64,000 bases of DNA from the IMG/VR virus record IMGVR_UViG_3300044904_000102, positions 1,729 to 65,728 of that record. The stretch is one strand, 5' to 3'. Position numbers and translations under genes: made by a program. Within the stretch, counting starts at the first letter, position 1; the number at the start of each line of letters is the position of its first letter. Shown in pieces: positions 8,695 to 21,980 of the stretch. The notes under the pieces were generated by a model. The model was given only the letters and a program-made list of their open reading frames with translations. It searched no databases and was not told the origin of the DNA. This stretch comes from a virus (taxonomy: Duplodnaviria > Caudoviricetes).

Positions 8695-9330
8695 ATGGAA
8701 ACTCTCGAAAAGCTGGCGAAGGCCGTCACTGGCCTCGCTTCTCATTTCAAGAAGGCGGCCGAGCTTCACAAAGCGAAGGCGACCGCGCATACGGCGCTCG
8801 CCACGGCCCACAAGGGCCATGCCGAATTCTGCAAGGCCAAGTTCGACGGCATGGATGACGGCGACGCGCACAAGGCGTACTTCGGCAAGGTGCACGAGAT
8901 TCACAAGGCGAAGGCGGCGCACCACGACGCGCTTTCGGCTTTGCACAAGGCGCATGCGGAGCACCTGGACACGCTGGGCGACGGGCTCGGCGAGGAGAAG
9001 ACGGCTGCCGCAAAGAGTGCTGTTGTGCCGGCTATCCCGGCAGATCTGAACGCTGCTCCTACCAGCGTCGAGGACATGGTGAAGTCGACGACCACGGGAC
9101 TCGTCCAGTCGGCGCTCGAAATGCTCAAGAAGGACCCGACCGTGCAGGACGAGATCCGCAAGATGGTCCTGGCGGGCGTGACCTCCGCGTTGGGCGACAA
9201 GATCAGGCCCGATTCGGTGCGCGGCGTCCTGCCGACGCGACCCGGCCTGGAACTTGTGCCTCGCCCGGGCGGGTCCGAAATCCCGTTGACGGGATTGGAC
9301 CCCAAGCTGGCGAAGTTCGTGCAGGCGTAA
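8695..9330 (+). CDS. Putative capsid scaffolding protein, His/Ala/Lys-rich helical
   Basis: GGAGG SD; between protease and capsid gene. Confidence 0.6.
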   Translation: METLEKLAKAVTGLASHFKKAAELHKAKATAHTALATAHKGHAEFCKAKFDGMDDGDAHKAYFGKVHEIHKAKAAHHDALSALHKAHAEHLDTLGDGLGEEKTAAAKSAVVPAIPADLNAAPTSVEDMVKSTTTGLVQSALEMLKKDPTVQDEIRKMVLAGVTSALGDKIRPDSVRGVLPTRPGLELVPRPGGSEIPLTGLDPKLAKFVQA

Positions 9331-9429
9331 GCTGCCTGAAACGAGATTGTGCGAGTCGTCTCCGGTCAGCGGCTCGGAACCCGAACACCCGGTCGCACGT
9401 CAAATTCAGATCGGAGAGAGGCACATACT

Positions 9430-11112
9430 ATGAGACTGCAACAGGACCTTTATGCTGCCGCGGCGTTCGCTAGCCGCGTGCACATGGCGAAGGCGCTGGG
9501 CTCGGACTCGGCGCTCGCCAAACTGTGCCTGGAAGCTCAAGCCCTCCCGCCCAAGGAATGGTCGCTTGAAAACGACCTCGTCAAGCGGGCGGGGCGCGAG
9601 TACATCAAGGCATTGATGAAGGCTGGCGTGACCACCAGCCTCGGATTCAACTTCTATGACCTGCGGGGCCCGGCGTACCTGATCTTCCCGTTGAACACGC
9701 CGTTCATCCAGATGATCCCGAAGACCGGGAAGGTCAACGCCGGAGTCGGCACGGTCGCTCACTGGAAGGCGACCCTGAACCCGAACGCCAGCTTCGTCTA
9801 TGGAGGCGTCAAGGAGGGCCAGCGCAACGCCACCGCGACTCCCGACGAAGCGGACTACTTCGCCACGTACAAGGAACTCGGCGAGGAAGGCGGGGAAACC
9901 TTCACCGCACAATGGGCGGGCGAAGGCTACACAGACAACCTGGCGGACGAGCATTTCCGCAACCTGGCTCGCCTGCGCCTGCAGGAAGAGATGATCACCC
10001 TGTGGGGCAACGCCGGGCCGTCCACCATCCTCGGACAGACCACCGGCAACCTGGGGTTCGCCCTGGGGCAGCCGGACACCCCGACCGTGGTCGCGGCTGC
10101 TGATGCCGGAACGGGGATCGGCACCTCGGCGAACGTTTCTGTCGCCGTGATCGCCATCACCGCCATGGGCGTGAACCCGGGCGGGCAGGCGGGCTACAAC
10201 ATCCCGCCGACCGTCGCCAAGGGCTTGACCGCCTACACCACGCGGCTCAACGCTGACGGAACGTCGATCAACGTCGCCGGCGGAATCTCGCAAATCTCAA
10301 ATGTCGGCGCCGGCACCACGAACTCCGACGGCAGCGTGTACGCTTCGCTGTCGGCGGTGAAGGGCGCGGTCGCCTATGCGTGGTATTGGGGCGTCAACGC
10401 GAACGCCACGGTGAATACGCTCACGCTGGGCGCCATCACCGCCTGGCCGCACTACACCATCATCGCCAAGCCCACCGGCAGCCAGACCGGCAACGCAACC
10501 GGCTTCACGTCCGACAACAGCTTCCAGACGACCGACCTGGACGGCCTGGGCACGTACACCTTCAACAACGGCCTCGTCACCGACATGGACGGGGGCACTT
10601 TCACGCCGGCCGGCAACGGCCAGGTGAAGGAAGTGGAAGACGACCTGCGCGCTCTGTGGGAACTCTACCAGGCGCAGCCGGACGCCATCTGGTGTTCCGC
10701 CGACGTGCGCGCCTCACTCGAGTCGGCGGTAATCTACAGCTCGACTGGGACGAACAGCTACATCTTCCAGTACACCAAGGACGCCCAAGGATCCTTGATG
10801 GGCGGCTTCCTGGTGACGAGCTACAAGTCGAAGTACAGCATCAACCCCGAGGGCGGAGCGGCCATCCCGATCCGGATTCACCCGATGTTCCCTCCCGGCA
10901 CCCTGCTGTACGACATCAACACGAACCCGTATCCGCATTCGCGGGTACCGGCCGTGCGGCAATTCCTGCTGCAGCGTGACTACTACGCCATCGAATGGCC
11001 CATCGTCACGCGCCAGTGGACCTTCGGCACCTACATCCATGAAGTGCTGGCGCACTACATGCCGTGGATCTCGGCTCTCCGCACCGGCATCGGCCCATTC
11101 GTGAAGCCGTAA
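9430..11112 (+). CDS. Major capsid protein with a Thr/Ala/Gly/Asn-rich insertion
   Basis: Position, strong codon bias, downstream hairpin; [30 protein letters not shown] motifs. Confidence 0.8.
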   Translation: MRLQQDLYAAAAFASRVHMAKALGSDSALAKLCLEAQALPPKEWSLENDLVKRAGREYIKALMKAGVTTSLGFNFYDLRGPAYLIFPLNTPFIQMIPKTGKVNAGVGTVAHWKATLNPNASFVYGGVKEGQRNATATPDEADYFATYKELGEEGGETFTAQWAGEGYTDNLADEHFRNLARLRLQEEMITLWGNAGPSTILGQTTGNLGFALGQPDTPTVVAAADAGTGIGTSANVSVAVIAITAMGVNPGGQAGYNIPPTVAKGLTAYTTRLNADGTSINVAGGISQISNVGAGTTNSDGSVYASLSAVKGAVAYAWYWGVNANATVNTLTLGAITAWPHYTIIAKPTGSQTGNATGFTSDNSFQTTDLDGLGTYTFNNGLVTDMDGGTFTPAGNGQVKEVEDDLRALWELYQAQPDAIWCSADVRASLESAVIYSSTGTNSYIFQYTKDAQGSLMGGFLVTSYKSKYSINPEGGAAIPIRIHPMFPPGTLLYDINTNPYPHSRVPAVRQFLLQRDYYAIEWPIVTRQWTFGTYIHEVLAHYMPWISALRTGIGPFVKP

Positions 11113-11145
11113 CATTCACACGGCTTCGTGGCGGCATTTGGTTCG

Positions 11146-11177
11146 GCGGCGGGGCGCACCGCATAGCGCCCCGCCGC
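11146..11177 (+). terminator. Strong hairpin after the capsid gene
   Basis: gcggcggggcgc-accgcata-gcgccccgccgc, 12-bp perfect stem. Confidence 0.6.
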
Positions 11178-11207
11178 ATTCTTGATAAGCCTGGCAGGAG
11201 GAGTGAG

Positions 11208-14141
<2,934 letters not shown>

Positions 14142-14209
14142 GACATTCAACCTAGCCTGATGATGAGGCAGGCAACTGGAGTTAGGCCAAGAAAGGGCAA
14201 GCCGGTCAA

Positions 14210-15199
14210 ATGAAGCTAGCGATATTTTTCATAAAAAACACTTTTGCGGGCTGGGCCTCACTCGGAGGCTACACCCAAACACTTCGCCGCATGGGGCATG
14301 AGGTAATCGAATGCTCCCTGCCCGGCAACCAACCCCATGACATCGTTCCGCTGCGCGCCAAGCTGCCGACCATTGCGCAGCTTGCCGCCTGCGACGCGGT
14401 GATCAGCTTTTATCACGAGTACACCCAGGCGTGGCTTGCGGCGCTCTACGGGCTGGAATCGTGGTCCGCCATAACGGACAGGGTGATCGCGCGCTTCGAC
14501 GAGTCGATGGACCGCACCGACCTTAACTTGCCCGGGCGCTTGCCGGAGCTGCTGCTCTGGGCAAAACACTGCTCGTTTCCGGCCGCGCAGGACGCGAAGA
14601 AGTACGGCGGGCAATGGCAGCCGTTGGCAGCGGACACGACGATGTTTCAGAACGATGATGCCCTTATCTTGGCAGGTGGGCGGCCCGAGAAGAAGTACGG
14701 CGCCGCCTTCGTCGGGCAGCTCTATGGCCCGCGGCTCGAGTACGCGCGCCGGATGGCGCAACATCCGGAGCAAATCACGCTCCAATGCGGCCAGGTCGGC
14801 GTGCAGGAGCTCGACGGGATGCGCGAGCCGGAATCCACGCATCTGCTCGCGAAGACCTACCGGCAGATCAAGGTGTTCTTCTGCCTGCCGCCGCTCTCGC
14901 GGCTGATCGTCGGGAAGGTCTGCGAGGTGATGGCCTGCGGAACGTTCGTCATGTATCCGCGCCTTCCAGGCGAGGCCGCGGCGAACCTTTCGGTGTTCGA
15001 GGACGGGAAGCACATCGTCTATTACGAGCACGGGTACATCCGGGAGAACGTCAAGCAGATCAAGCGCTGGCTCGAGCACGACGAGGAGCGCGAGTCCATC
15101 GCGCGGGCCGGCTGCAGGAAGGTGCGCGAAGAGCTGAGCCTGGAGCGGATGCTCGATCAGCTCTTGACGCCGGTCGCGCGGCAGATGGTGACGGTGTGA
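14210..15199 (+). CDS. GT-B glycosyltransferase, CgeB/YkvP-like
   Basis: AAFVGQLYGPR, KVCEVMACGTF, FEDGKHIVYY, LEHDEERESIARAG. Confidence 0.82.
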   Translation: MKLAIFFIKNTFAGWASLGGYTQTLRRMGHEVIECSLPGNQPHDIVPLRAKLPTIAQLAACDAVISFYHEYTQAWLAALYGLESWSAITDRVIARFDESMDRTDLNLPGRLPELLLWAKHCSFPAAQDAKKYGGQWQPLAADTTMFQNDDALILAGGRPEKKYGAAFVGQLYGPRLEYARRMAQHPEQITLQCGQVGVQELDGMREPESTHLLAKTYRQIKVFFCLPPLSRLIVGKVCEVMACGTFVMYPRLPGEAAANLSVFEDGKHIVYYEHGYIRENVKQIKRWLEHDEERESIARAGCRKVREELSLERMLDQLLTPVARQMVTV

Positions 15200-15912
15200 T
15201 CGTCGAGACAAAATACGGTTTCAGCCTGAGCGTGGGCGATGGCAGCTACATCGGCGCGCAGATCCAGCAGCACGGCGTTTGGGAGCAGCCGGAGACGGAG
15301 CGGGTGCGGTCGCTGATCCGGCCAGGGGACCTCACCGTGGACGCTGGCGCTCATGTTGGCTATTACTGCTGCTTGATGGCAGGGTGCGGAGCGCGCGTGT
15401 TGGCGTTCGAGCCCAGCCCGAAGCTCTTCGCGCTGTTGATCGAGAACGCAGCCCGCTTGCCGCACGTCGCTCCGCATCAGTTGGCGCTCTCAGACGTTGA
15501 TGGCGAAACTGATTTCTACCTGCCGTCCGGATATGATGACGGCTTCGGGAGTCTGGGAGCGGCCGACCGCGACGACCGCAGCCGTTCGATCCGGGCGCAG
15601 ACGCGCCGCCTTGAAGAATTCCTGCCTCCGGGGCGCGTGCGCCTCGTCAAGATCGACGTGGAGGGCGCCGAGGCGCTGGTGATCAGCGGCCTGGGAACGC
15701 GGTTCATGGACGTGGACTATTTCCTGGTCGAGTGCATCGACCGGGCCGAGCGAGTCAAACGCCTGGGAAGTTCGGTTGCGGCCATCAACGCGTACCTGGC
15801 CGGGTTCCAGGCGTACGAGCACGATGCGACCGCCGGCTGGAAGCGGGTTCCGGCCGCGCGCAGCACGCAGGGGCCGAGCGTGCTGTTCGAGAATCCCATG
15901 GCGCAGCGATGA
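15196..15912 (+). CDS. FkbM family methyltransferase
   Basis: VDAGAHVGYY, VLAFEPSP, VRLVKIDVEGAEALVISG; GTGA overlap. Confidence 0.9.
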   Translation: MIVETKYGFSLSVGDGSYIGAQIQQHGVWEQPETERVRSLIRPGDLTVDAGAHVGYYCCLMAGCGARVLAFEPSPKLFALLIENAARLPHVAPHQLALSDVDGETDFYLPSGYDDGFGSLGAADRDDRSRSIRAQTRRLEEFLPPGRVRLVKIDVEGAEALVISGLGTRFMDVDYFLVECIDRAERVKRLGSSVAAINAYLAGFQAYEHDATAGWKRVPAARSTQGPSVLFENPMAQR

Positions 15913-15926
15913 AGGGAGCGTAATTC

Positions 15927-17336
15927 GTGATCTCGATTCTGGCGCCAAGCCGCGACCGACCTTCCGGGCTCTACGGGATGATCGAGTCTGCCCGCGGGAA
16001 CGCGCGCAGTCCGGTCGAGGTCGTTTGCCGCATCGACGACGACGAGCCGCAGGCTGCGGCCTACCGCGCCATGCAATCGGCGGGGATGATCGACAAGCTC
16101 CTGGTGGGCCCGCGCATCGTGATGTCCGACATGTGGAACGTCTGCGTGCGGGCAGCCTCGGGCGACATCCTCATGCTGGCGAGCGACGACGTGGTCATGC
16201 GCACGCCCGGCTGGACCCAGACGGTGGAGGACGCCTTTGCGGCGTCTGCCGACAAGCTCCTGCTCGTCCATGGCGACGATCTGGGGCCGGATGGCAAGTG
16301 GTTCCCCACCTTCCCGATCATCCATCGGCGCTGGGTGGAAGTGACCGGGCGATTCACCGCTCCGTACTTCTCCTGTGATTATGCCGACACCTGGCTATGG
16401 GAGGTTGCGAAGCAGCTTGGCCGGATTCGTTTCTTCCCCTACGTCACGGAGCACCTGCACTGGATCTTCCGCAAGTCGGTGGCCGACCAGACGGCGAAGG
16501 AGATTCGTGCCCGGGGAAACCGCGATCAGCCGCGGGCGATCTTCGACAGGCTGGCGCCTGAGCGCCGAGCCGAGGCGGAAAAGCTGCGAGCTTTCATGGT
16601 GCGCCCGAAGTGGTCGATCCTGGTGCTGACGCAGCCTTCGCGGAGCGTCCTGCTAAGCCGCATGCTGGCCTGCCTGCTCCCGCAGATGCGCAAGGCTCCA
16701 GGGGCGGAGATCGTGATCGGCTTCTTCAAGAATTCGCTGAGCTTGGGAGATCAGCGCCAGCGGATGACGGAGGCCGCCGAGGGCGAGTACGTCTCGATCG
16801 TGGATGACGATGACCTGGTGGCGCCGGATTTCATCGAGCGCATCCTGCCCTTACTGGACGGCGTCGACCAGATCGGGTTCCGCCTGCAGCAATACACAGA
16901 TGGCGTGCCGGGCAAACCCACAGTCATCTCTCTGCGCAATGAAGGCTGGTTCGACGATGCGCACGCGGAATACCGCGACATCATGCAGCTCTGCCCCTTG
17001 AAGCGCGAGCTGTCGCTTGCGGTCAAGCGCGAGGGACCGCCCGGGGAGGATGCGCGCTGGGCCTGCGCGCTCAGCAATCTCGGCATCGTCAGGACGGAGC
17101 ACTTCATCGACGATGCGATGTACTTCTACTACCTGCGCACGGGGAAGACCGACTCTCCGGGAACGATAGGCGCCCCGCCTTGGCAACCGCTCAAGGAAGC
17201 GCATCACGCAGCCGCGCCGACGGGGCCAGTCCCGAGGATTTCCCAGGCTTGTCCGAAATGCGGCAGCACGTGCGTCGTGCCCTCGAACGGCCAGATGGTT
17301 TGCAACCAATGCCAATATCAGGGGGTGACTGCGTGA
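15927..17336 (+). CDS. Tandem GT2-like glycosyltransferase (two GT-A domains) with C-terminal Zn ribbon
   Basis: ISILAPSRDRP..GDILMLASDD; KWSILVLT..GEYVSIVDDDDLV..GEDARW; CPKC..CNQC. Confidence 0.85.
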   Translation: MISILAPSRDRPSGLYGMIESARGNARSPVEVVCRIDDDEPQAAAYRAMQSAGMIDKLLVGPRIVMSDMWNVCVRAASGDILMLASDDVVMRTPGWTQTVEDAFAASADKLLLVHGDDLGPDGKWFPTFPIIHRRWVEVTGRFTAPYFSCDYADTWLWEVAKQLGRIRFFPYVTEHLHWIFRKSVADQTAKEIRARGNRDQPRAIFDRLAPERRAEAEKLRAFMVRPKWSILVLTQPSRSVLLSRMLACLLPQMRKAPGAEIVIGFFKNSLSLGDQRQRMTEAAEGEYVSIVDDDDLVAPDFIERILPLLDGVDQIGFRLQQYTDGVPGKPTVISLRNEGWFDDAHAEYRDIMQLCPLKRELSLAVKREGPPGEDARWACALSNLGIVRTEHFIDDAMYFYYLRTGKTDSPGTIGAPPWQPLKEAHHAAAPTGPVPRISQACPKCGSTCVVPSNGQMVCNQCQYQGVTA

Positions 17337-18106
17337 TCCTCTCGGCATCCGCGCCACGCTGGAGCATCCTGATCGCCACGCAGCCGTCGCGCGCCACATA
17401 TCTGCGCCGCCTGCTTGCGGTGCTGGCCCCTCAGGTCCTGCTTGATCCTTCGGTCAAGGGTCTCGTCAAGATCGTCGTGCGCACGTCGGACCCGATCTTG
17501 GGCCTCGGCGACAACCGGCAAATCATGCGGGAAGAGGCGCAGGGGGTGTACAGCAACTTCGTCGATGATGATGACTTGGTTGCGCCTGATTACGTGGCCC
17601 AGATCGTGACGCTGCTCGATGGCGTGGACTACGTGAGCTATGACTTCCAAGAGTATGCGGACGGCGTGCCGCGCCCGCCCACCCACGTCTCGCTGCACCA
17701 TGGGCCGTGGCATCAGGACAAGACCGGACTCTGGCGTGACATCGTGCACTTCTGCCCGATCAAAACCGCGCTGGCGCTGGCCGCGCCGATGGAGGGCGGC
17801 TACGGGGAAGACCAGCGCTGGACGGACAAGATGCGCGCGCTCGGCATCGTCAAAACCGAGCACCACATCGACGCGCCGATCCACTTCCTGTACTTCCGAA
17901 GCCGGAAGGCGGACGGGGCGAAATGCATGGCCCCGGGCCGGAAGATCACAGCCGTGCAGGAGGCGCCGGTCCAGCGGGAAGCACCACGGCCTGCATCCCT
18001 GGAACATGGGACGGAAATGCTGCCCTGCCCCCAATGCGGGATTGCCGGGCTGCTGATTCCCGCAAACGGTGGGCTGCATTGCAACCAATGTGGTTCAAAT
18101 TTCTGA
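17333..18106 (+). CDS. GT2-like glycosyltransferase with C-terminal Zn ribbon
   Basis: WSILIAT..GVYSNFVDDDDLVAPDY..GEDQRW; paralogue of the second domain of the previous gene; CPQC..CNQC. Confidence 0.85.
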   Translation: MILSASAPRWSILIATQPSRATYLRRLLAVLAPQVLLDPSVKGLVKIVVRTSDPILGLGDNRQIMREEAQGVYSNFVDDDDLVAPDYVAQIVTLLDGVDYVSYDFQEYADGVPRPPTHVSLHHGPWHQDKTGLWRDIVHFCPIKTALALAAPMEGGYGEDQRWTDKMRALGIVKTEHHIDAPIHFLYFRSRKADGAKCMAPGRKITAVQEAPVQREAPRPASLEHGTEMLPCPQCGIAGLLIPANGGLHCNQCGSNF

Positions 18107-18117
18107 GGGAGGTCGTT

Positions 18118-18336
18118 ATGTCTGCAAAGGTTCGCATTAAAGGTGAGAAGGCGGTACCAGTGGCGGAGCGACCCGAGTTTGTTCTGGGGCGGTTCCTTAA
18201 CCAGCACAATGAAGTGCCGAAACCCCCGAATCCGGCTTGGTGCATTCTGGTCAACGGGGCGGTGGAGACCACCTATGCGCTCGGCCAGGAGCGGGCGCTG
18301 ATCGAGCATTACTTTCAGAAAGGATCTGGGGAATGA
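18118..18336 (+). CDS. Hypothetical protein
   Basis: GGAGG SD; ATGA overlap with next gene. Confidence 0.55.
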   Translation: MSAKVRIKGEKAVPVAERPEFVLGRFLNQHNEVPKPPNPAWCILVNGAVETTYALGQERALIEHYFQKGSGE

Positions 18337-19109
18337 GTCTGAAAGACAAGTCGCTTAACATCCTCGTGCCGATGTACGGCGGCATGGGCACGGTCAACTG
18401 GTTCGAGTCGTTCATGCGTCTCGTGATGATGATGATGCACCACGGGGTGAAGTTCAGCTACACGTTCACCTACAACGAGTCGCTGATCACGCGCGGGCGC
18501 AACCGGCTGGTGGACGAGTATCTGAAGAACCATGAAGAGACGCACGCGCTGTTCGTGGATGCGGACATCGGATTCCAGGCTGAAGACGTTCTGTCGATGC
18601 TGGAGATGGACCTCGACATCATCGCGGCTCCGTGCGCGAAGAAGTCGATTAACTGGCAGCGGATCGAGCGGGCGCTCCGCAAGAACGGCCGCCACTTCAC
18701 GCCGGACGAGATGGCCCGCATCTCCGCGGACTTCGTTTTCAATTACGCGCCGTTTACCGGCCGCCGTGAGATCAAGCTCGGCGAGCTGCAGGACATGCAG
18801 ACCATGGGCACGGGCCTCATGATGATCCGCCGCAACGTCTTCGAGAAGTTCCGGGAGGCTTATCCTGATCGCTGGTACGAGTCGCGGTCGGACGCGAACG
18901 CGCTGCCGGGGCCAATCCATGACTTCTTCAGGGTAGGCGTCAACCCGGACACGCATGAATACGACTCGGAAGATTATTTCTTTTGCACAGACGCGAAGGC
19001 CATCGGCTTCAAGGTGTGGATGATGCCCTGGATGCGGACATCGCACATGGGAACGTACAAGTTCATCGCCGACATGCCGGCCGTGGCCGCGCTGGCGGGA
19101 GATTTGTAA
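18333..19109 (+). CDS. Putative GT-A fold glycosyltransferase
   Basis: ESLITRGRN, THALFVDADIGF, GTGLMMIRR.VFEK, YDSEDYFFC, GFKVW. Confidence 0.78.
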   Translation: MSLKDKSLNILVPMYGGMGTVNWFESFMRLVMMMMHHGVKFSYTFTYNESLITRGRNRLVDEYLKNHEETHALFVDADIGFQAEDVLSMLEMDLDIIAAPCAKKSINWQRIERALRKNGRHFTPDEMARISADFVFNYAPFTGRREIKLGELQDMQTMGTGLMMIRRNVFEKFREAYPDRWYESRSDANALPGPIHDFFRVGVNPDTHEYDSEDYFFCTDAKAIGFKVWMMPWMRTSHMGTYKFIADMPAVAALAGDL

Positions 19110-19219
19110 AGGCTTCGGGACACGTCCCTTGACCGGGTGGACGATCCAGGAGGGCGGGCGGGACGGTCGGCGGCGAGACGACGGTCGTCCCGTAACCCCG
19201 AGAGAGAGGTAGAACCGAA

Positions 19220-20089
19220 ATGGGCCCTAACGCGATCGACCTTACGACCTTGAACGCGGTCAAGAGCCGGGCCGAGGTGCAGTCGAGCGCCGCCGACGCC
19301 GAGATCCAGGGGGCTATCACGGCCTTCTCGCAATGGCTGCTTGGTTTCACGGGGCAGGCGTCGCTAAACTCCGTCGCCACCCATGACGACGTTTACGATG
19401 GCAACGGCAACGCGCGCCTCATGCTGAACAACTACCCGATCCTGAACGTGGCCAGCGTGACGATGAACGCGGCGGGCATCCCCGCGTCATCGGCCGCGAA
19501 TGTTTGGGGCTACTACATCGAGCAGTCCAAGAAGTCCATCGGGCTGCGCGGCGGCGTAGGCAACTACTCGACCTTCCCTTACCCGACGCCCCTAACCTAT
19601 CGCGAGCGCGGGCCCGTGTTCCTGCGCGGCCAGGGCAACATCGAGGTCGTTTACAGCGCGGGCTACCTTCCAGTCTTGGTGCAGAACGATGTTGAGAACG
19701 TGACGGCGGGGACGATCAGCTTGGAAGCCGCGCCCTGGGTGGCCGACGCTGGCGTGACTTACTATCCGTCCTTGAACGTCTTCGCCAAGGTGTCGAGCGG
19801 GTCCGGGATCGGGGAATACGCCGTGTCGAACGGGCTCTACGTTTTCAGCGCGGCCGACGAGGGCCAACTTGTCGCGGCGAGCTACCAGATCAACCAGGCG
19901 CCCTTCAATCTGGAATACGCCGTGCGCTGCGTCGTGGCCTTGAACTACAAGCGCAAGGGCTGGCAAGACCAGAAATCCCGCGGCGTGACAACCCAAGGCG
20001 GTTCGGCAACCACGACGTACAGGGATTGGGATGCACCGCCCGAATATTTGAAGGTGTTCGAGTATTACCAGAGGAAGGCGATCCGGTGA
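19220..20089 (+). CDS. Head-tail adaptor with inserted beta domain
   Basis: DLTTLNAVK, YDGNG..LMLNNYPI, GQGNIEVVYSAGY, PFNLEYAV. Confidence 0.75.
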   Translation: MGPNAIDLTTLNAVKSRAEVQSSAADAEIQGAITAFSQWLLGFTGQASLNSVATHDDVYDGNGNARLMLNNYPILNVASVTMNAAGIPASSAANVWGYYIEQSKKSIGLRGGVGNYSTFPYPTPLTYRERGPVFLRGQGNIEVVYSAGYLPVLVQNDVENVTAGTISLEAAPWVADAGVTYYPSLNVFAKVSSGSGIGEYAVSNGLYVFSAADEGQLVAASYQINQAPFNLEYAVRCVVALNYKRKGWQDQKSRGVTTQGGSATTTYRDWDAPPEYLKVFEYYQRKAIR

Positions 20090-20694
20090 TCAGGATCACG
20101 TTTGACGGGACAGATCGGCGCGTGGCGATGGCGCTTCGGGCGCGAGGGCCGAAGCTTATCGCCGCTGAGAAGCGAACGCTGAACGAGTTGATGCGGGATC
20201 TTCAAATGGTGATTCATCGCAAGCTGTCGGGAGAGGTTCTGAAGTCTCATGGCGGTGGCGGCAGCTTGCTTGCCTCTGTACGCCAAACCCCCACCGTCGT
20301 GGCCGGGAGTTCCATCTCGGGCAGCGTGCAGGCGGGCGGCGGCCTTCTCTGGTGGGCGGTCGTGCATGAGGAGGGTGGGGAAAAAGAGTATGAAATCCCG
20401 AAAGATGGGATTTTCAGGAGCGGTAAGAAAGCCCTGGCGTTCTTCGGAAAAGGAGCGGCGGGCTTGAGTTTCGGACGGACGGCAATGACAAAACTCTATC
20501 ATCGGCACGGCATGCTGGGTGGCTCGCTACGGGCAAATAAGTTCGGAGCCTTCGCAGCGGCTGGCGGCATCGTAGTGCGGCATGTAATTCATCCGCCGCT
20601 TCCGAAACGCTCCTTCATGGAGAGCTCGCTTCTCGAGCTGCGAGGGCGAATCATCCAGCGGGTTTATGAGACGGCAGCAGGAGCCTTGCGATGA
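20086..20694 (+). CDS. Neck/tail completion protein (HK97 gp10-like)
   Basis: WAVVHEEGG, HPPLPKRSFMESSL; position. Confidence 0.6.
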   Translation: MIRITFDGTDRRVAMALRARGPKLIAAEKRTLNELMRDLQMVIHRKLSGEVLKSHGGGGSLLASVRQTPTVVAGSSISGSVQAGGGLLWWAVVHEEGGEKEYEIPKDGIFRSGKKALAFFGKGAAGLSFGRTAMTKLYHRHGMLGGSLRANKFGAFAAAGGIVVRHVIHPPLPKRSFMESSLLELRGRIIQRVYETAAGALR

Positions 20695-21176
20695 CGGCGA
20701 CGGCGTTCGACGATCTGACATATCTCGAGCAAGTTTACGCGGCGCTCTTCGCGCTCCTGCAAGGGGCGACGTTCGCGGCGGGCATCACGCTCAAGACGGC
20801 GATGCGGGCCTTCATGGTCCCGGACCAGGTGGCGCCAGCCGACATGCCAGCGCTCGTGCTGGTCGAGGGCCCGATGCGCGTCGAGCAGAAGGAAGTCTTC
20901 GGACCGGCGAAGTGGACGTTCACGGCGATCGCGGCGCTCTATGTGCGCGCCGAGGGAACGGCTGCGCCGAACCAAAGCCCGCTCTCGGTCACGACCGCGA
21001 ACTCGTTGATTTGGGGGATCAGGAAGGCTTTCGAGACCACGCCCCCTTACCAGAAACAGACGCTTGGAGGTCTCGTGGTTCACGCTTGGATCGACGGCGA
21101 GGTTTTGCCGGACGTCACGAGCGAGCAGATTTTGATCACGGTGCCAATCTACATGCTCGCAGGCCCCGTGAACTGA
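20691..21176 (+). CDS. Tail terminator protein
   Basis: QTLGGLVVHAWIDGEV motif; precedes tail tube. Confidence 0.65.
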   Translation: MTATAFDDLTYLEQVYAALFALLQGATFAAGITLKTAMRAFMVPDQVAPADMPALVLVEGPMRVEQKEVFGPAKWTFTAIAALYVRAEGTAAPNQSPLSVTTANSLIWGIRKAFETTPPYQKQTLGGLVVHAWIDGEVLPDVTSEQILITVPIYMLAGPVN

Positions 21177-21221
21177 GATCAAGGACCGGACCCGGCCCCG
21201 GTACAAGGAGAGAGGACAAAC

Positions 21222-21977
21222 ATGATTATCGAATTCGGAAGCGGAGTGTTATTTGCGAAGCCCGTGGCCGGCAACCAGCCCACGAACCCGAGCCCGTTCA
21301 AGTTCGGGGTGCTGCAAGAGGTCACGGTGGACTTCAAGGCCGATCTGAAGAAGCTCTACGGCCAATATCAGCTCGCCGTCGCCACGGCGCGCGGCAAGCT
21401 GGACTGCACGCTCAAAGGCAAGCTGGCCGTCTTCGATCCGGCCATGCTCAACCAACTCTATTTCGCGCAGAGCAGCGCGGCCGGGTATTCGCTGATCGTG
21501 GACGGCGACCCCCACACGGTCGCCAACACCAACACGGTGACGGTGACGAACGCTGGCCCCATCGCGGACTGGGGCGTCATCGACGCCACGACCGGCCAGC
21601 CATTCTCCTGCATGCCGAACACGGCGGCGGTGACGGTGGCCGGGCAGTACTATCCCAACGTCACGACCGGGATTTACAGCTTCTCGGGCGCCGACGGGAC
21701 GGCCGCGCGGGCCGTGAAGATCAGCTACACCTACGCGGTCAACTCAGGCGCGACGATCACCATCGCGAACCAACTGATGGGCTATGCGCCGGAAATCGAG
21801 ATGCTGCTCTACAACCGTTTCCGGAGCAAGTACATGGCTCTGCAGTTGAACGATGTCACGCTGGGCTCGATCAACATCCCGACGAAGCTCGAGGATTTCT
21901 GGATCGCGGATTTCGACGGCAGCGCCAACGCCGACGCGTCGAACAATCTGGGCCTGCTCATGATGGACTCGTATTAA
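21222..21977 (+). CDS. Major tail tube protein
   Basis: FGSGVLFA..FGVLQEVTVDF..KKLYGQYQLAVATARGK; strong codon bias. Confidence 0.78.
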   Translation: MIIEFGSGVLFAKPVAGNQPTNPSPFKFGVLQEVTVDFKADLKKLYGQYQLAVATARGKLDCTLKGKLAVFDPAMLNQLYFAQSSAAGYSLIVDGDPHTVANTNTVTVTNAGPIADWGVIDATTGQPFSCMPNTAAVTVAGQYYPNVTTGIYSFSGADGTAARAVKISYTYAVNSGATITIANQLMGYAPEIEMLLYNRFRSKYMALQLNDVTLGSINIPTKLEDFWIADFDGSANADASNNLGLLMMDSY

Positions 21978-21980
21978 CGG

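Noticed and set aside
14151-14220. Hammerhead-like words CTGATGA...GAAA...GTC in an intergenic gap
   Set aside because: Stem III lacks the required C-G pair and stem I does not abut the cleavage triplet.
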